A stretch of DNA of 64,000 nt from Candidatus Lutibacillus vidarii (GTDB taxonomy: Bacteria > Actinomycetota > Actinomycetes > Actinomycetales > Dermatophilaceae): positions 188,592-252,591 of the forward strand of contig JADKGA010000001.1 of NCBI GenBank assembly GCA_016717165.1, in the 5' to 3' direction. A model generated the notes under the pieces. It was given only the letters and a program-made list of their open reading frames with translations. It was not told the origin of the DNA and searched no databases. Made by a program: the position numbers and the translations under genes. Shown in pieces: positions 31,184 to 41,132 of this stretch; the stretch's first letter is position 1; every line of letters begins with the position of its first letter.

Positions 31184-32443
31184 TCAGTGCCAGCCGGGGT
31201 TGGTCGCGCGAAGCAGCACCTGGTCGAAGCCCTCGCTGCGGATTCGCGCGTCGATATAGAGCAGCGAGATGACCCCCGAGACGAAGGGGGCAGTCACCGC
31301 GGACGCGAGCAGTGCGGCCAGGACCTCGGCGACCAGGGTGGCCGTGGGGCTGCTCGCGGGCATGGTGAGGCCGATGACCACACCTGAAGCGAAGCCCAGG
31401 CCGACCTCGAGCACCTGGTTGATGATGGAGATGACGATCCCGCTCAGCAGGAGGACGCCGAGGGTGCGCCACCACCGGCCCTTCGTCAAGGTCATGCTCC
31501 GACGGATCGCCGCCATGACCCGCAGGTCCTCGAGGACGAGCGCGGGCGTGGCGAAGGTCAGCCTGACGTACACCCAGACTCCGACGACGAACAAGACGAG
31601 GATGAGCAGGACCGCGAGCCCCTCGAGCTGCTTCACGCTCGCGATCAGCGCGATGACGACCATGGCCACCAGCCAGGAAGCGGCGAGAAGCAGCACCAGG
31701 AGGATCGCTCGCCCCAGCTTCCCCCTCGCCGCCGCCCAGATCTGGCTGAGGGTCACGGTGCGCCCGAGCACTGCTTCCCCCACGGCGTGGGACACGAAGA
31801 CCGGCAAGGTGACGCTGACCAGGAGGGAGACGATGGCGACCCCGCCCAGGGCGAGTGCCCCGACGGCCCAGTCTTTGCCCAGAGTGACCTCGTCGCCGTC
31901 GATGACAAGCAACCGGGACGTCCCGATGAGGGCGAGGATCGTCGTCGGGATCGCGGCGATGAGGTTGACGATGAGCGAGATGGCGAGGAGGGAGCCCTGG
32001 CTGCGGCGGAAGGCCCGGAAGGCGCCATCGAGGATCTCCCCGACGCCGAGCGGGCGCAGCGGCACGATCCCGGGCTTGGTCGTGTACCCCGGTCGGTCAC
32101 CGACCTGGGCTGCGGCCGGTGGTGGCGGGACCGCGACCGGCGGGGTCGGCAGCGCCGCAGTCGGCGTGGGGACCGGAACCGGCGCGGTCGGTGCGTCAGT
32201 GATCGGCCCCTGGTGGCTGGGTCCGGGACCGGGGTACGCGGGAGTCGGTGGCGGGTTGCCCTGCCCAGGAGCCGGGTATGCCGGTCCGGGAGCCGGGTAG
32301 CCCGGCCCAGGTGCCGGGTAGTCCCGCCCAGGAGCCGGGTATGCCGAACCCGGGTATGCCGGACCGGAGTCTGCCGGACCCGGGTCTGCCGGACCGGAGT
32401 CAGCAGCCGGACCCACCGGTCCGCTCTGGTCTGCGTCGCTCAC
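31184..32443 (-). CDS. membrane protein with a Pro/Ala/Tyr/Gly-rich N-terminus
   Basis: 419 aa. The N-terminal ~110 aa consist of PAYPG-like repeats, followed by about 6 TM segments. It is first gene of the MoxR-containing operon. Confidence 0.7.
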   Translation of the reverse strand: MSDADQSGPVGPAADSGPADPGPADSGPAYPGSAYPAPGRDYPAPGPGYPAPGPAYPAPGQGNPPPTPAYPGPGPSHQGPITDAPTAPVPVPTPTAALPTPPVAVPPPPAAAQVGDRPGYTTKPGIVPLRPLGVGEILDGAFRAFRRSQGSLLAISLIVNLIAAIPTTILALIGTSRLLVIDGDEVTLGKDWAVGALALGGVAIVSLLVSVTLPVFVSHAVGEAVLGRTVTLSQIWAAARGKLGRAILLVLLLAASWLVAMVVIALIASVKQLEGLAVLLILVLFVVGVWVYVRLTFATPALVLEDLRVMAAIRRSMTLTKGRWWRTLGVLLLSGIVISIINQVLEVGLGFASGVVIGLTMPASSPTATLVAEVLAALLASAVTAPFVSGVISLLYIDARIRSEGFDQVLLRATNPGWH

Positions 32444-32509
32444 GGCCCCCCCTGCGAAGGTGTGTTCTCGGACGTCTGAACGCTACCAAGGGCGGGGCCT
32501 TGGCGGGGT

Positions 32510-33361
32510 CTACGGCGTGACCGGGAGCGCCTCGACAACTCGACGCGCCACCTGCGGATCGCCGGAGACGGCATACCGACAGTCCTGCGCGCTGACCCGA
32601 CCGGCCCCGCGACGGGTGAACGAGCGGGTGTCCATGACCAGGCGAGTTGCCGCGGCGTCGGCGGTGGGGTCGACGACGACCCCCGTCGGGCGACCGTCGG
32701 CGCCGACCTCGACCCGCACCGCGCGCACCGCGTGGACCGGCCCGGTGACCTCGACGACCACCGTGGTCCCCGGGTCGATGCCGGCGCCGCGGGAGACGAT
32801 CCTCGGCAGCGAGTCGAGCACGACATGGACGAAGCCGGCCGATCCGACCGAGTCGAGCCCACCGGGCCGCCCGAGCGCCTCGCGGACATCCTGCTCATGG
32901 CACCACACGTCGGTCAGGCGCATCCGCATGACGTCCTTGGCCGGGGCCGGCGTGCCAAGCAGGCCGGTGATCACGGCGTCATCGTCGAGGGCCCGCAGCG
33001 CCGCCACACGCCGGGGGAGCACCGCCTCGAGCTCATCGAGCACCTCGTCAGCGGTGCGCCCACGGCGTGCCTCGACGCCCTGTTCGATGAAGGCGCCCAC
33101 CGGCGAGCGCAGCCAGGGATGGTCCGGGACGTCGACCTGAGGCTGCGGGTCTCCGGCGAGGAGGGACTCCACCGCCGCGACATGCGCGAGCTGGTCCTGG
33201 ACGGTCCAGCCCGGGCACGCGGTCGCTCGGCCCAGCTCGTCCGGGGTCGCGGCCCGCCCCAGCGCGAGGAGAGCCCGGACCGAGGCCTCGAAGCCGTCAA
33301 CTCGCTCGGCCATGGTGGTCGGTGGGTGGACGTCTGGCAGGTCACCTTGTGCCACGGTCAT
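32510..33361 (-). CDS. mycothiol-dependent maleylpyruvate isomerase-family (DinB-like) protein
   Basis: The N-terminal metal-binding region GWTVQDQLAHVAAVE plus overall length are typical of the TIGR03083-type family. Confidence 0.7.
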   Translation of the reverse strand: MTVAQGDLPDVHPPTTMAERVDGFEASVRALLALGRAATPDELGRATACPGWTVQDQLAHVAAVESLLAGDPQPQVDVPDHPWLRSPVGAFIEQGVEARRGRTADEVLDELEAVLPRRVAALRALDDDAVITGLLGTPAPAKDVMRMRLTDVWCHEQDVREALGRPGGLDSVGSAGFVHVVLDSLPRIVSRGAGIDPGTTVVVEVTGPVHAVRAVRVEVGADGRPTGVVVDPTADAAATRLVMDTRSFTRRGAGRVSAQDCRYAVSGDPQVARRVVEALPVTP

Positions 33362-33386
33362 GGGCCACTGTACCTAGGCTGGTCCT

Positions 33387-35576
33387 GTGGTCACCCGCCT
33401 CGAGTCCAACCCCCGTCCAGGTCGCGGTTCCGCGACACCGCTTGCCCTCGTCCCCGCCGCGCTCGCTGCGGCGACCGCGCTCCTGGCCGTTCTCCTCGCG
33501 ACACGCACGACCGGCCAGCTGGTGCCACCACCACCGGGCCTGACCGACCCCGGCGACCTGGTCCGCTACGGCCAACCGGTCGTCCGCGTGGTCCATGACC
33601 TCGCGGCCGCCATGACCCTCGGCCTGATCCTCCTCGCGGTAGGGATCGTCCCCGGGACCAGCTTCGGGCGTCGTTTGCACCGGATCCGTCGGCTGGCCGT
33701 CTGGTCCGGGTCGGTCTGGGCGCTCGCGGGGCTGGTCGGGGTCGTCCTCACCTTCTCGGACATCTCCGGAACCGCCGTGGGGGGCCCCGGCTTCCTGTCG
33801 CAGCTCCAGACCTTCGTGTGGTCGGTCGACGTCACCCGGATCGGCCTGGTCAGCGTCGCCCTCGTCTGGGTCGCGGTGACCTTCCTCGTCATCGCGACGT
33901 CCCGGGTCGGTGTGACCGCTGCGGGCGTCTTTGCCGCCCTGGGTCTGCTCGAGCTCGCCCTCGCCGGGCACTCCTCAGGGGCGGTCGACCATGAGACGGC
34001 AGTCAACACGATCGGCTTCCACCTCCTCGGCGCGGCGGTCTGGGTCGGCGGGCTGATGGCGCTGGCCGTCATACGCCCGATGGTGGGCAAGGACCTGCCT
34101 GTCGCCGTCCGGCGGTACTCCGTCGTGGCCGGGTGGTGCTTCCTCACCGTCCTGCTCTCGGGGGCGGTCAACGGCTGGGTGCGGCTGGGCTCGCTGGCCG
34201 GCTTCTCGACCACGTATGGCGCCGTCCTGCTCACCAAGGTGGTCGCGCTCGGTCTGCTGGGGCTCGCCGGGTTCGCGATGCGGGCCCGGGTGGTCCACGC
34301 GCTCGGCCTGTCGCCGGCCTCGGGGCGGCTGTTCGCCCGGCTTGCCCTGGTCGAGATGGCCCTGATGGGGGTCGCCTTCGGCGCGGCCGTGGCGCTGACC
34401 CGGGCGGCCCCGCCGGTCCCCGACACCCCGCAGGCGCAGCCGACCATCGTCGACGCCTTCACCGGCTTCGCGGCCCCGCCGGCACCGGAGTCACTGACCT
34501 GGCTGACCGCCTGGCGGTGGGACTGGCTCTGGGGAACCGCCGGGGTCGTCGCGGCCCTGCTCTACCTCGGCGCGGTCGTCCGGCTCTGGCGCCGCGGTGA
34601 CCGCTGGCCGATCGGGCGGACCATCTCCTGGCTCCTCGGCTGCCTCGTCTTCGTCTGGGCCTCGAGCGGGTCGCCGGGCATCTACGGCCGGGTCTCCTTC
34701 GCCTGGCACATGATCGAGCACATGTTCATGGCGATGGTCTCGCCGATCCTGCTCGTGCTGGGGACCCCGATCCTCCTGGTCATCCGGGTGCTGCACCCGC
34801 GGACGGATGGCACGCTCGGTCCGCGCGAGATCCTCCTCGGGTTCGTCCATTCGCGCTATATGACCATCCTCGCCAACCCCATCGTCGCCAGCTGTCTGTT
34901 CTTCTTCAGCATGGTCGTCTTCTACTACACGCCGCTGTTCGAGCTGGCGCTGCGCGCGCACGTGGGGCACGTCGCGATGGTCATCCACTTCGTCATGAGC
35001 GGCTACCTCTTCGCCTGGGTCCTCATCGGGGCGGACCCCGGCCCGCCGAAGTGGCCGGCGTCATACCGGCTGTTGATGCTCTTCGCGACGATCGGCTTCC
35101 ACGCCTTCTTCGGAGTGGCGCTGACCGGGTCGTCGACCCTGCTCGTGCCCTCCTTCTTCGAGCCGCTGAACATCCCGTGGATCCCCAACCCGCTCGACGA
35201 CCAGCATCAGGCCGGCGCGATCGCGTGGGGCGTCGGGGAGGTGCCCTCGCTCTTCCTCGCCCTGCTCGTCACGCTGTCGTGGATGCGCAGCGACGAGGCA
35301 GAGGCGCGACGGCACGACCGTCAGGCCGACCGGGACGGCGATGCGGACCTGGCCGCCTATAACGCCGAGCTGGCGCGGCTGGCCGCAGAGGATGCCCGGG
35401 TGGCGGCCTACGAGGCCGAGCAGGCCCAGGCGGTGCGGGATGCTCGGGACGCCCGGATGTCGGGGTCGCGGACCTCCTCGGGTGAGAGCTCGGGTTCCGG
35501 GGGTGCCGGCGGCGGCGTGGGTGGCCGTGGCGGTGGCGGCGGCGTGGGTGGCCGTGGCGGCGGTGCGTCGTCGTGA
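33387..35576 (+). CDS. fused CopD-like / cytochrome c oxidase assembly (CtaG, caa3-type) membrane protein with a Gly-rich tail
   Basis: 729 aa with about 14 TM segments. The second half contains WHMIEHMFMAMVSPILLVLG and GHVAMVIHFVMSGYLF, typical of CtaG. The C-terminus is SGSGGAGGGVGGRGGGGGVGGRGGGASS. Confidence 0.75.
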   Translation: MVTRLESNPRPGRGSATPLALVPAALAAATALLAVLLATRTTGQLVPPPPGLTDPGDLVRYGQPVVRVVHDLAAAMTLGLILLAVGIVPGTSFGRRLHRIRRLAVWSGSVWALAGLVGVVLTFSDISGTAVGGPGFLSQLQTFVWSVDVTRIGLVSVALVWVAVTFLVIATSRVGVTAAGVFAALGLLELALAGHSSGAVDHETAVNTIGFHLLGAAVWVGGLMALAVIRPMVGKDLPVAVRRYSVVAGWCFLTVLLSGAVNGWVRLGSLAGFSTTYGAVLLTKVVALGLLGLAGFAMRARVVHALGLSPASGRLFARLALVEMALMGVAFGAAVALTRAAPPVPDTPQAQPTIVDAFTGFAAPPAPESLTWLTAWRWDWLWGTAGVVAALLYLGAVVRLWRRGDRWPIGRTISWLLGCLVFVWASSGSPGIYGRVSFAWHMIEHMFMAMVSPILLVLGTPILLVIRVLHPRTDGTLGPREILLGFVHSRYMTILANPIVASCLFFFSMVVFYYTPLFELALRAHVGHVAMVIHFVMSGYLFAWVLIGADPGPPKWPASYRLLMLFATIGFHAFFGVALTGSSTLLVPSFFEPLNIPWIPNPLDDQHQAGAIAWGVGEVPSLFLALLVTLSWMRSDEAEARRHDRQADRDGDADLAAYNAELARLAAEDARVAAYEAEQAQAVRDARDARMSGSRTSSGESSGSGGAGGGVGGRGGGGGVGGRGGGASS

Positions 35577-36415
35577 GGGTTGCGCTGATCCAACTCGGGT
35601 ATGACGACGCCGAGCCGGTCGCAGAACGGGTCGAGCGGGCGGGTGCCCTGGTGCGCGACCAGGCCGGCGCCGATGTCGTCGTGTTGCCGGAGCTGTGGGC
35701 GCCAGGCGGCTTCGCGTACCCGAGCTGGCTGGACCGCGCCGAGCCGGTCGACGGACCGACCATGTCCGCCATGGCGGCGGCGGCCCGGTCGGCCGGGGTC
35801 TTCCTCCACGCCGGGTCGATCGTCGAGCGGCCGGCCTCCGGTGAGCTCGGCCTCGAGGGCCGCGGGCTGTGGAACACCTCGGTGCTCTTCGCCGCGGACG
35901 GGAGCCCGGCAGCGACATACCGCAAGATCCACCGGTTCGGGTTCGGCGCGGGGGAGCCCGCGCTGATGGACGCCGGGACCGACCTGGTGACCGTGGACCT
36001 GCCGGATCGAGGCGCGGGGGTGTCGATGCGGGCTGGGGTCTCGACGTGTTATGACCTGCGCTTCCCCGAGCTCTACCGGGCCCAGCTCGACCTTGGGGTC
36101 TCGGCCTTCCTGCTGTGCTCGTGCTGGCCGGCGGCTAGGGTCGCGCACTGGTCGCTGCTCGGGCGGGCCCGGGCGGTCGAGAACCAGTGTTTCGTCATCG
36201 CGTGCAACACCGCCGGCGAGCACGCCGGGGGGCGCATGGGCGGTCGCTCGCAGGTCGTTGCGCCGGACGGCACGGTGCTCGGTGAGGCCGGCGAGGCCGA
36301 GGAGGTTCTCGTCGTCGACCTCGACGTCGCCCAGGTCGCCGCCTGGCGAGCGGCCTTCCCCGTCCTCGCCGACCGCCGGTTATCCACACCCCCTCCTGCA
36401 AAGACACACCTTTAG
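35573..36415 (+). CDS. carbon-nitrogen hydrolase (nitrilase/omega-amidase family)
   Basis: The GTG overlaps the upstream stop (GTGA). MRVALIQLGYDD, with catalytic Cys in VSTCYDLRFPE. The last ~11 codons and the stop lie inside repeat copy 2. Confidence 0.85.
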   Translation: MRVALIQLGYDDAEPVAERVERAGALVRDQAGADVVVLPELWAPGGFAYPSWLDRAEPVDGPTMSAMAAAARSAGVFLHAGSIVERPASGELGLEGRGLWNTSVLFAADGSPAATYRKIHRFGFGAGEPALMDAGTDLVTVDLPDRGAGVSMRAGVSTCYDLRFPELYRAQLDLGVSAFLLCSCWPAARVAHWSLLGRARAVENQCFVIACNTAGEHAGGRMGGRSQVVAPDGTVLGEAGEAEEVLVVDLDVAQVAAWRAAFPVLADRRLSTPPPAKTHL

Positions 36416-36465
36416 AACGGTTCTAAAGGTGTGTCTTTGCAGAAAGGTGGGGGGTTATCCACAGG
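36378..36465. repeat. palindromic intergenic element, copy 2
   Basis: ggttatccaca (36378-36388). The core is a 21-bp perfect hairpin tgcaaagacacacctttagaa cgg ttctaaaggtgtgtctttgca (36397-36441). It is followed by ggttatccacagg (36453-36465). Confidence 0.9.
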
Positions 36466-36479
36466 AGGAGGGTTGACCC

Positions 36480-37529
36480 TTGCGCGCAGTGATCTACTCG
36501 GAGTACGGCGCCCTGCCGACCCTGCAGGAGGTCCCCGAACCGCGCTGTCCGGCTGACGGCGTCGTCGTCGCCGTCGAGGCGACCGGGGTCTGCCGCAGCG
36601 ACTGGCACGCCTGGATGGGCCACGACCCGGTCGCCCTCCCGCACGTCCCCGGTCATGAGCTGGCCGGCTCGATCGCCGAGGTCGGCCCCGATGTCACCAG
36701 GTGGCGGGTCGGCGACCGGGTCACCGTCCCCTTCGCCTGTGGTTGCGGCACCTGCCTCGTATGCCGCGCCGGGAACTCCCAGGTCTGCCCGAACCAGACA
36801 CAGCCCGGGTTCACCCACTGGGGCTCCTTCGCTGACCGGGTGGCCCTGCACGCCGCGGACTCGAACCTCATCGCCCTCCCGGGCACGGTCACCGCGGTCG
36901 ACGCGGCCGCGCTCGGCTGCCGGTTCGCCACCGCCTTCGGCGCCCTCGTCGGGCGGGGACGCCTGACCAGCGGAGAGTGGCTCGTCGTCCACGGCGCGGG
37001 CGGCGTAGGTCTGTCGGCGGTGATGATCGGTATGGCGCTCGGCGCTCGAGTTGTTGCCGTCGACGTCTCCCAAGCCGCCCTCGACCAGGCCGGCGACCTC
37101 GGCGCGGAGGTCATCATACGGACAACCGATAAAGACGACCCGACCCTGGTCGCACGCCGGGTCATCGACGCAACCGAGGGCGGCGCCCACGTCAGCATCG
37201 ACGCCTTCGGGTCCACCGCCACAGCGCTCGCCTCGATCGGCGGACTCCGACAGCGCGGTCGGCACGTCCAGGTCGGCCTGCTCCTCGCCGCCGACGCGGT
37301 CCTGCCGGTCGCCATGGGGCCGGTGGTGGCGCGTGAGCTCGAGATCCTCGGATCGCACGGCCTCGCGGCCGCCGGCTACCCCCCGATGATGGACCTGCTC
37401 GCCTCCGGCGCACTCGACCCCGGCCGGCTCGTCGGCCGTGTCATCAGTCTCGACGAGGCGGGCCGGGCGCTGGCCGAGCTCGGCTCACGCGGTGGCGCGC
37501 CTGGCCTTCACGTGGTCCGACTGCGCTAG
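36480..37529 (+). CDS. zinc-dependent alcohol dehydrogenase family protein
   Basis: 349 aa with a TTG start per the ORF track. Catalytic-zinc region GVCRSDWH ... GHELAG, structural-zinc cluster CGCGTCLVCRAGNSQVC, and Rossmann motif VHGAGGVG. Confidence 0.85.
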   Translation: MRAVIYSEYGALPTLQEVPEPRCPADGVVVAVEATGVCRSDWHAWMGHDPVALPHVPGHELAGSIAEVGPDVTRWRVGDRVTVPFACGCGTCLVCRAGNSQVCPNQTQPGFTHWGSFADRVALHAADSNLIALPGTVTAVDAAALGCRFATAFGALVGRGRLTSGEWLVVHGAGGVGLSAVMIGMALGARVVAVDVSQAALDQAGDLGAEVIIRTTDKDDPTLVARRVIDATEGGAHVSIDAFGSTATALASIGGLRQRGRHVQVGLLLAADAVLPVAMGPVVARELEILGSHGLAAAGYPPMMDLLASGALDPGRLVGRVISLDEAGRALAELGSRGGAPGLHVVRLR

Positions 37530-37577
37530 CCCGTATCAAGCGGGCCAGCGCAGCCGGACGACCACGGCGTCGAGTCC

Positions 37578-38885
37578 TCAGAGCCCGTTGAGGCCCTTCG
37601 GCGAGCCCAGACCCGAGGGGGCGTCATACCCCTTGAGGCCGGTGCAGAGGTAGTCGCCCCCGCAGAAGCCGTTCGAGCCACCGATGACGTCGTAGAACGC
37701 CCACGGCTTCTTGTACGCCTGGCCCGGCCGGTACGTCGAGCCATTGCCCTTGGACCCGATCATGCCGGCGATCAGGGGCGCCGAGGCGCTCGTCCCACCG
37801 AGGACCAGCCAGCCCGGCGGGATGCCGAAGGGGTTGGGGTAGCTGTCGTAGACCGCGACGCCAGTGGCGGGGTCGGCAACGGCAGACAGGTCCGAGACAG
37901 TGCGCATCTGACAGTTCGGGTCGGTCTGGTGGGCAGGTTTGGCGACATAAGCCGAGCAGGAGCTGCCTGCCCCGGACCACACGTCCTCGGTCCAGCCCCG
38001 CACGTTCGGGGCACGGAACAAGCTGGTTCCGCCGACCCCGAGGACGCCGGGCAGGACGGCCGGAGCCAAGGCCGCGGTGAAACCGTAGTCGCCGGAGGAC
38101 GCCACCGAGATGGCGCCGGGCTGGTTATAGACCGACGCGAAGGACCACATGCCGCCCCACTCATTGCCGCCATAGCTGTGCGAGATGACGGTGGCGCCCA
38201 GCCGGGTCGCGGTGCGGGTGGCCGCGGCGAGATCGACGAAGTTGTTGGTCTGCGCGGTGACGAGCAGGATCGTGCAGGACGGGCATCCGGCGGAGACCAT
38301 CTGCAGGTCCAAGGATCCTTCCAGGGCCCAGCCACCGTCGGGGGCCGGATAGGGGCCGGGGTCGCCGTTCTGGTTGACCTTGCGGAAGCAGCCGTTCGCT
38401 GAGGTGCACGCGGGCAGGCCAAAGGTCGAGCGGTAGGTCGCGAGGTCGGCTTCGGCGTTGGGGACGTCGAAGGCGATGACGACCGCGACCAGCGATCTCG
38501 CGCCTACTGCCGGGAGCTTGTATGCCGCGCGAAGTTCGGCCGGGCCATAGCCGCTCGGCGTGGTCAGGGTCCCCGCGGCCGTGCGGATCTGGCGTGGTGC
38601 GGCGGCAGCGTCGGTACGGACCTTGGCCAGGCACCGGGCCTTCCCGATCGTGGTGGCCCCGCACACGTCCTGAGTCCTCGGGCCAGCCGTGGTCGGGGCG
38701 GCGGAGACCGGCTGGGCCGCGGTGAGCGCGGGTGAGCCGCTAGCCCTCGATGTCTCCGCGGCGACCGCGGGTCCGGGCAGCAGTGGTGTGACCGCGAGCG
38801 CGATCAGCGTGAACAGGCTGAGTGTGGTCCGGCGAACGGACAGTGCCATGAGCGCGTTCCCTTTCGGAGCAGATGAGTGCGCCAT
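37578..38885 (-). CDS. secreted S53 (sedolisin-type) serine peptidase
   Basis: Signal peptide present (alternative start ATG 38849, MALSVRRTTLSLFTLIALAV). GYGPAELRAAYKLP, WALEGSLDLQM (Glu/Asp region) and GGTSASAPLIAGM (Ser nucleophile). Confidence 0.75.
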   Translation of the reverse strand: MAHSSAPKGNALMALSVRRTTLSLFTLIALAVTPLLPGPAVAAETSRASGSPALTAAQPVSAAPTTAGPRTQDVCGATTIGKARCLAKVRTDAAAAPRQIRTAAGTLTTPSGYGPAELRAAYKLPAVGARSLVAVVIAFDVPNAEADLATYRSTFGLPACTSANGCFRKVNQNGDPGPYPAPDGGWALEGSLDLQMVSAGCPSCTILLVTAQTNNFVDLAAATRTATRLGATVISHSYGGNEWGGMWSFASVYNQPGAISVASSGDYGFTAALAPAVLPGVLGVGGTSLFRAPNVRGWTEDVWSGAGSSCSAYVAKPAHQTDPNCQMRTVSDLSAVADPATGVAVYDSYPNPFGIPPGWLVLGGTSASAPLIAGMIGSKGNGSTYRPGQAYKKPWAFYDVIGGSNGFCGGDYLCTGLKGYDAPSGLGSPKGLNGL

Positions 38886-38888
38886 CGG

Positions 38889-41132
38889 TCAGCGGACCGT
38901 GAAGGCGGCGGTGACGAGTTCGGTGAAGTGCCCACCGACAGCGTCGCTGATGGAGACCTTGAACCTCGCCGGTTTCGTCGTCGGTGAGGCTGGTGGGGTC
39001 GTGAACGTGACAGTGAAGTTGCCCGACCCTTCGGAGATGACGCCGGTCCGCTGCCAGGTTCCACCGCCGTCGAAGGAGACGAACATCGCGGGGGTGGAGA
39101 CCGTGATCGGTTGGGCGGCGTTGACATGGCTGACGAGCAGCCGAGCACGGGTCGTCCCAGCAGCGAGCCGCCCGGAGAGGTCGGTCGGTATCTGGTAGCG
39201 GACTGTCATCAGGGGAAGTACCCGGCACCCGGCAGGATCTGCGCCCATCTGTGCCGCGCACTGCCAGTCGAACGGGGCGGGCTTGGTGGCCGCGGTGAGC
39301 GGGGTATCCCAGTGGGTCACGGTGTGGCTAGGAGTCTTGGCGCCGCTGACCCGCCCATCGGTCGTGTAGTCGATCGACACCGTGGATGCCGTGGAGGCCC
39401 CACCCATGGTCGCGGCGAGCTGCCCATCCCCGGACCCGACAACGAACCCGTCGAAGGCCACCTTCCAGGACGCGACCGCACGCGGACTGTCGTTGATTGG
39501 GTCTGGTGCGCCGATATGGGTGGGTTCGGCGTCGCTGAACGGGTGGGCCACCACGGTGAGCTCGTCGCCGACGACGCACGCTGGGCACAGAGTCGGGCCG
39601 AACACCGAGGCCACCTCCGAGAGCCGGGGTGTCAGAGGTGCCTTGTTCCACGTCTGGGCCCTGCTGGTCCCAGGCTGTGGTGTCCACGGCCCAGCGCTGA
39701 GGTAGCCGTAGAACGCGAAGGTGTCGGGATCGATCTCGGCGAAGTAGTCGTCGGCGACCACGGTGCCCGGAGGGGCGGCGACATACTCGGTTCGCTCCAG
39801 CGGTACGGGCACCGACATCGCGAACCCGCCCCCGCCGTAGCTCCCGATGAACGCGCGACCTGGCATGCCAAGGGCGGGTGCCGGCGAGGAGTACGACGCT
39901 CTCACTGCCGTGAGGTCCGCAGCGCGGGTGAGGAAGGTCAGTGAGCCGGGGATCCCCCCGGTGCCGATTCGCGCCACGTCATAGGTGTAGGGCGCAGCGC
40001 CGGTGGGTGAGTCCAGATGGGCCAGCGCAGACCAGTCCAGGCTTCCGACCCGCGGCGGAGCGACTGGGCTGACGCGCAAGTCGATATCGCCGAAGCCGAA
40101 GACCGTGGCACCGAAGGTGTCGAGCTGAGCGGCGTCGGTCAGGGTCGCGCTATAGGCGAGGGCACCGAGCGTCGCGGGTCGGGGCGTGGAAAGACGCACC
40201 GGGACGGTCGCGGTCCTCGCGTCGACGGTGGCCGAGGTGGCTCCCGCGACCGGGACGTCGGTGCGAACGGCCAGTTGCACGCGGTTGGGTGTGACCGGAT
40301 CCGGGGCACTGGCCACCAGGGCATAGGTGCCGGCCGGGACACTCACCCTGGCGACGCCCCTGGAGACGAAGGCTATGCCGACATACCTCGCCATCTCCTC
40401 CATGTTGACGACGGCGACGATGCCGTTGTTCATGGCCTTACCGTTGGCGGCGGTGGCGTTGACGGTGAGAGTGAACATCGGGAACTGGGGCTGCACGCCA
40501 CCGCTCGACGCTGCGGTGATCTTGGCGACCGAGCCGAAAAGGGTGGTGGCCGACGCCGTCCGCAGTGCCACCCCGAGCGCGGCACTGCTGGACGGCGTGA
40601 CCCGACCCGTGGCGATGAGCCCCGAGCGGCTGAGGATCTCCACACCGGGTACGGCCGTGGGTGCGGAGGTGCTGGTGTAGGTCACCGTGACGGGAAGGCC
40701 GGACGGCCCGGCGGAGGTCAGCGCAAACACGTCGAACAGCGAGGGGTCGAGCCGCACGCCGAGGACCGTGGTCAGCGCCAGGGGGAAGGCGAAGGTCGTC
40801 GTCGGGGTGGTGATGACGGTCACGGCCGACCCGCTGATGCTGCTGACCCGGGGGGCCGCCCGCCCGGTGGGGGTTCGCACGACCGAGACGACATCTCCGC
40901 CGAGGATGCGGACCCGTTGCGGGCCGGTCGCGGCGTCGGCTCGGGACGTGGGGTCTGCGGCGACCGCGAGTGCGGCGGGCTGTGCGACGGCGCGCCCCAG
41001 GGTCGAGGGACCCGGTGAAGCGGCTCGAGGGGCGGTCAGAGCGGGGGCGGCGACAGCGGGGGCAGTGAGCCCGGCGAGGGCTAGGGCGAGGGACAAGGCA
41101 GACAGAGGGGCGACGACATGACGTCGAGACAC
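38889..41132 (-). CDS. large secreted protein of unknown function (beta-rich, no catalytic motif recognised)
   Basis: 747 aa with signal peptide MSRRHVVAPLSALSLALALAGLTAPAVAAP. The composition is Thr/Ala/Val/Pro-rich. The stop lies 3 nt before the S53 peptidase start. Confidence 0.7.
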   Translation of the reverse strand: MSRRHVVAPLSALSLALALAGLTAPAVAAPALTAPRAASPGPSTLGRAVAQPAALAVAADPTSRADAATGPQRVRILGGDVVSVVRTPTGRAAPRVSSISGSAVTVITTPTTTFAFPLALTTVLGVRLDPSLFDVFALTSAGPSGLPVTVTYTSTSAPTAVPGVEILSRSGLIATGRVTPSSSAALGVALRTASATTLFGSVAKITAASSGGVQPQFPMFTLTVNATAANGKAMNNGIVAVVNMEEMARYVGIAFVSRGVARVSVPAGTYALVASAPDPVTPNRVQLAVRTDVPVAGATSATVDARTATVPVRLSTPRPATLGALAYSATLTDAAQLDTFGATVFGFGDIDLRVSPVAPPRVGSLDWSALAHLDSPTGAAPYTYDVARIGTGGIPGSLTFLTRAADLTAVRASYSSPAPALGMPGRAFIGSYGGGGFAMSVPVPLERTEYVAAPPGTVVADDYFAEIDPDTFAFYGYLSAGPWTPQPGTSRAQTWNKAPLTPRLSEVASVFGPTLCPACVVGDELTVVAHPFSDAEPTHIGAPDPINDSPRAVASWKVAFDGFVVGSGDGQLAATMGGASTASTVSIDYTTDGRVSGAKTPSHTVTHWDTPLTAATKPAPFDWQCAAQMGADPAGCRVLPLMTVRYQIPTDLSGRLAAGTTRARLLVSHVNAAQPITVSTPAMFVSFDGGGTWQRTGVISEGSGNFTVTFTTPPASPTTKPARFKVSISDAVGGHFTELVTAAFTVR

